From positions 285,054 to 309,053 of the forward strand of contig JAXMAZ010000004.1 in NCBI GenBank assembly GCA_046350115.1: a stretch of 24,000 nt of DNA, read 5' to 3'. This document shows positions 23,459 to 24,000 of this stretch, piece by piece (position 1 is the stretch's first letter; the number at the start of each line of letters is the position of its first letter). The position numbers and the translations under genes are program-made. The stretch is from Gemmataceae bacterium (GTDB taxonomy: Bacteria > Planctomycetota > Planctomycetia > Gemmatales > Gemmataceae). The notes below the pieces were generated by a model. It ran no database searches. It was not told where the DNA came from and saw nothing but the letters and a program-made list of their open reading frames with translations.

Positions 23459-24000
23459 CCCGGCTGCACCGGCTGGTCACCCGCGGGCTGGAGGCAACGG
23501 CCGACCTGTTCGCCCCGGTGGGGGAGCTGTTCGGGTGGGTGTACCGGGTGGCCCACGAGCTGAGCAACCACGGCGGGCTGACCGGGGCCGGGGTCCGCGA
23601 CCGGTGGGACGACCTGATCCGGGGGATGGCCCGGGCCGCCGGCCGCCGGGCCGACCTGGCCGGGCCGCTGGGGCACTTCGTGAAGGTCAGCCGGAGCTAC
23701 GAGCCCGGCCTGTTCCATTGCTACGACGTGGCCGCGTTGCCGCGGACGAACAACGACCTGGAGCAGCTGTTCGGGTCGCACCGGCACCACGAGCGGCGGT
23801 GCAGCGGCCGGAAGGTGGCCAGTCCGGGGCTGGTGGTCCGCGGGTCGGTCCGGGTGGTGGCCGGGGTGATGACTCGGCTGGGCGAGGCGACGGCCGACGA
23901 CCTGGCTCCGGCCGACGTGCTCGCGTGGCAGGAGTTGCGGGCCGAGGTGGGATACCGGGAGGCCGCCCGGGTGCAGCAGCGGCGGTTCCGCCGCGACCCG
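23455..24000 (+). CDS. DDE transposase, C-terminal continuation in the -1 frame (open to window end)
   Basis: The -1 frame reads LTRLHRLVTRGLEATADLF...SRSYEPGLFHCYDVAALPRTNNDLEQLFGSHRHHERRCSGRK...; high GC3 with no stop to nt 24000. It has no start codon of its own, so it must be joined to the upstream ORF. Confidence 0.75.
   Translation, partial: MTRLHRLVTRGLEATADLFAPVGELFGWVYRVAHELSNHGGLTGAGVRDRWDDLIRGMARAAGRRADLAGPLGHFVKVSRSYEPGLFHCYDVAALPRTNNDLEQLFGSHRHHERRCSGRKVASPGLVVRGSVRVVAGVMTRLGEATADDLAPADVLAWQELRAEVGYREAARVQQRRFRRDP

Larger units (their letters stand above)
22372..24000 (+). mobile_element. left part of an insertion sequence with a DDE transposase (right end beyond window; left end approximate)
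   Basis: An abrupt lower-GC junction (TCTGATTTTTTCTATGCC) sits right at the truncated 5' end of the VOC gene. It is followed by a transposase gene preceded by GGAGGGG. The IS family cannot be assigned without a database search. Confidence 0.6.

Overview
This is very GC-rich bacterial chromosomal DNA, roughly 70% by eye (not computed). Gene content, Pro/Gly-rich protein tails and the REP-derived peptide signature suggest a Planctomycetota (Gemmata-like) genome, but that is inference only.

Left to right the window contains:
- The 3' part of a pyrimidine-dimer DNA glycosylase gene.
- A lower-GC patch with an operator-like palindrome and a stand-alone HNH nuclease.
- NUDIX and GNAT genes.
- Two decayed genes (a CE15-like esterase relic and a frameshifted sulfite-oxidase-like Moco oxidoreductase) plus a flavin reductase.
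- A MacAB-TolC-type efflux locus: TolC-like lipoprotein, HlyD adaptor, ABC ATPase, MacB/FtsX permease. It is split by a RAYT (REP-associated Y1 transposase) gene with three REP copies.
- About 0.7 kb of unexplained, pyrimidine-skewed non-coding DNA that carries a tnpA-only IS200-like element.
- A tightly coupled minus-strand operon: DinB-like / NRDE (TANGO2-like) / DedA::ATP-grasp fusion / CoaB-like, followed by a secreted peroxiredoxin. I consider this the best candidate for an undescribed system.
- DoxX.
- A GAF-PAS sigma-54 activator with an aberrant Walker A, followed by a candidate sigma-54 promoter in front of an ECF sigma factor.
- A VOC gene whose 5' end abuts an IS. The IS transposase is in two frames and runs off the window.

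No rRNA, tRNA or CRISPR array was found. Several genes show apparent frameshifts, mostly in G/C runs, so assembly error versus real decay must be resolved. Most long antisense or out-of-frame ORFs in the supplied track are high-GC artefacts.
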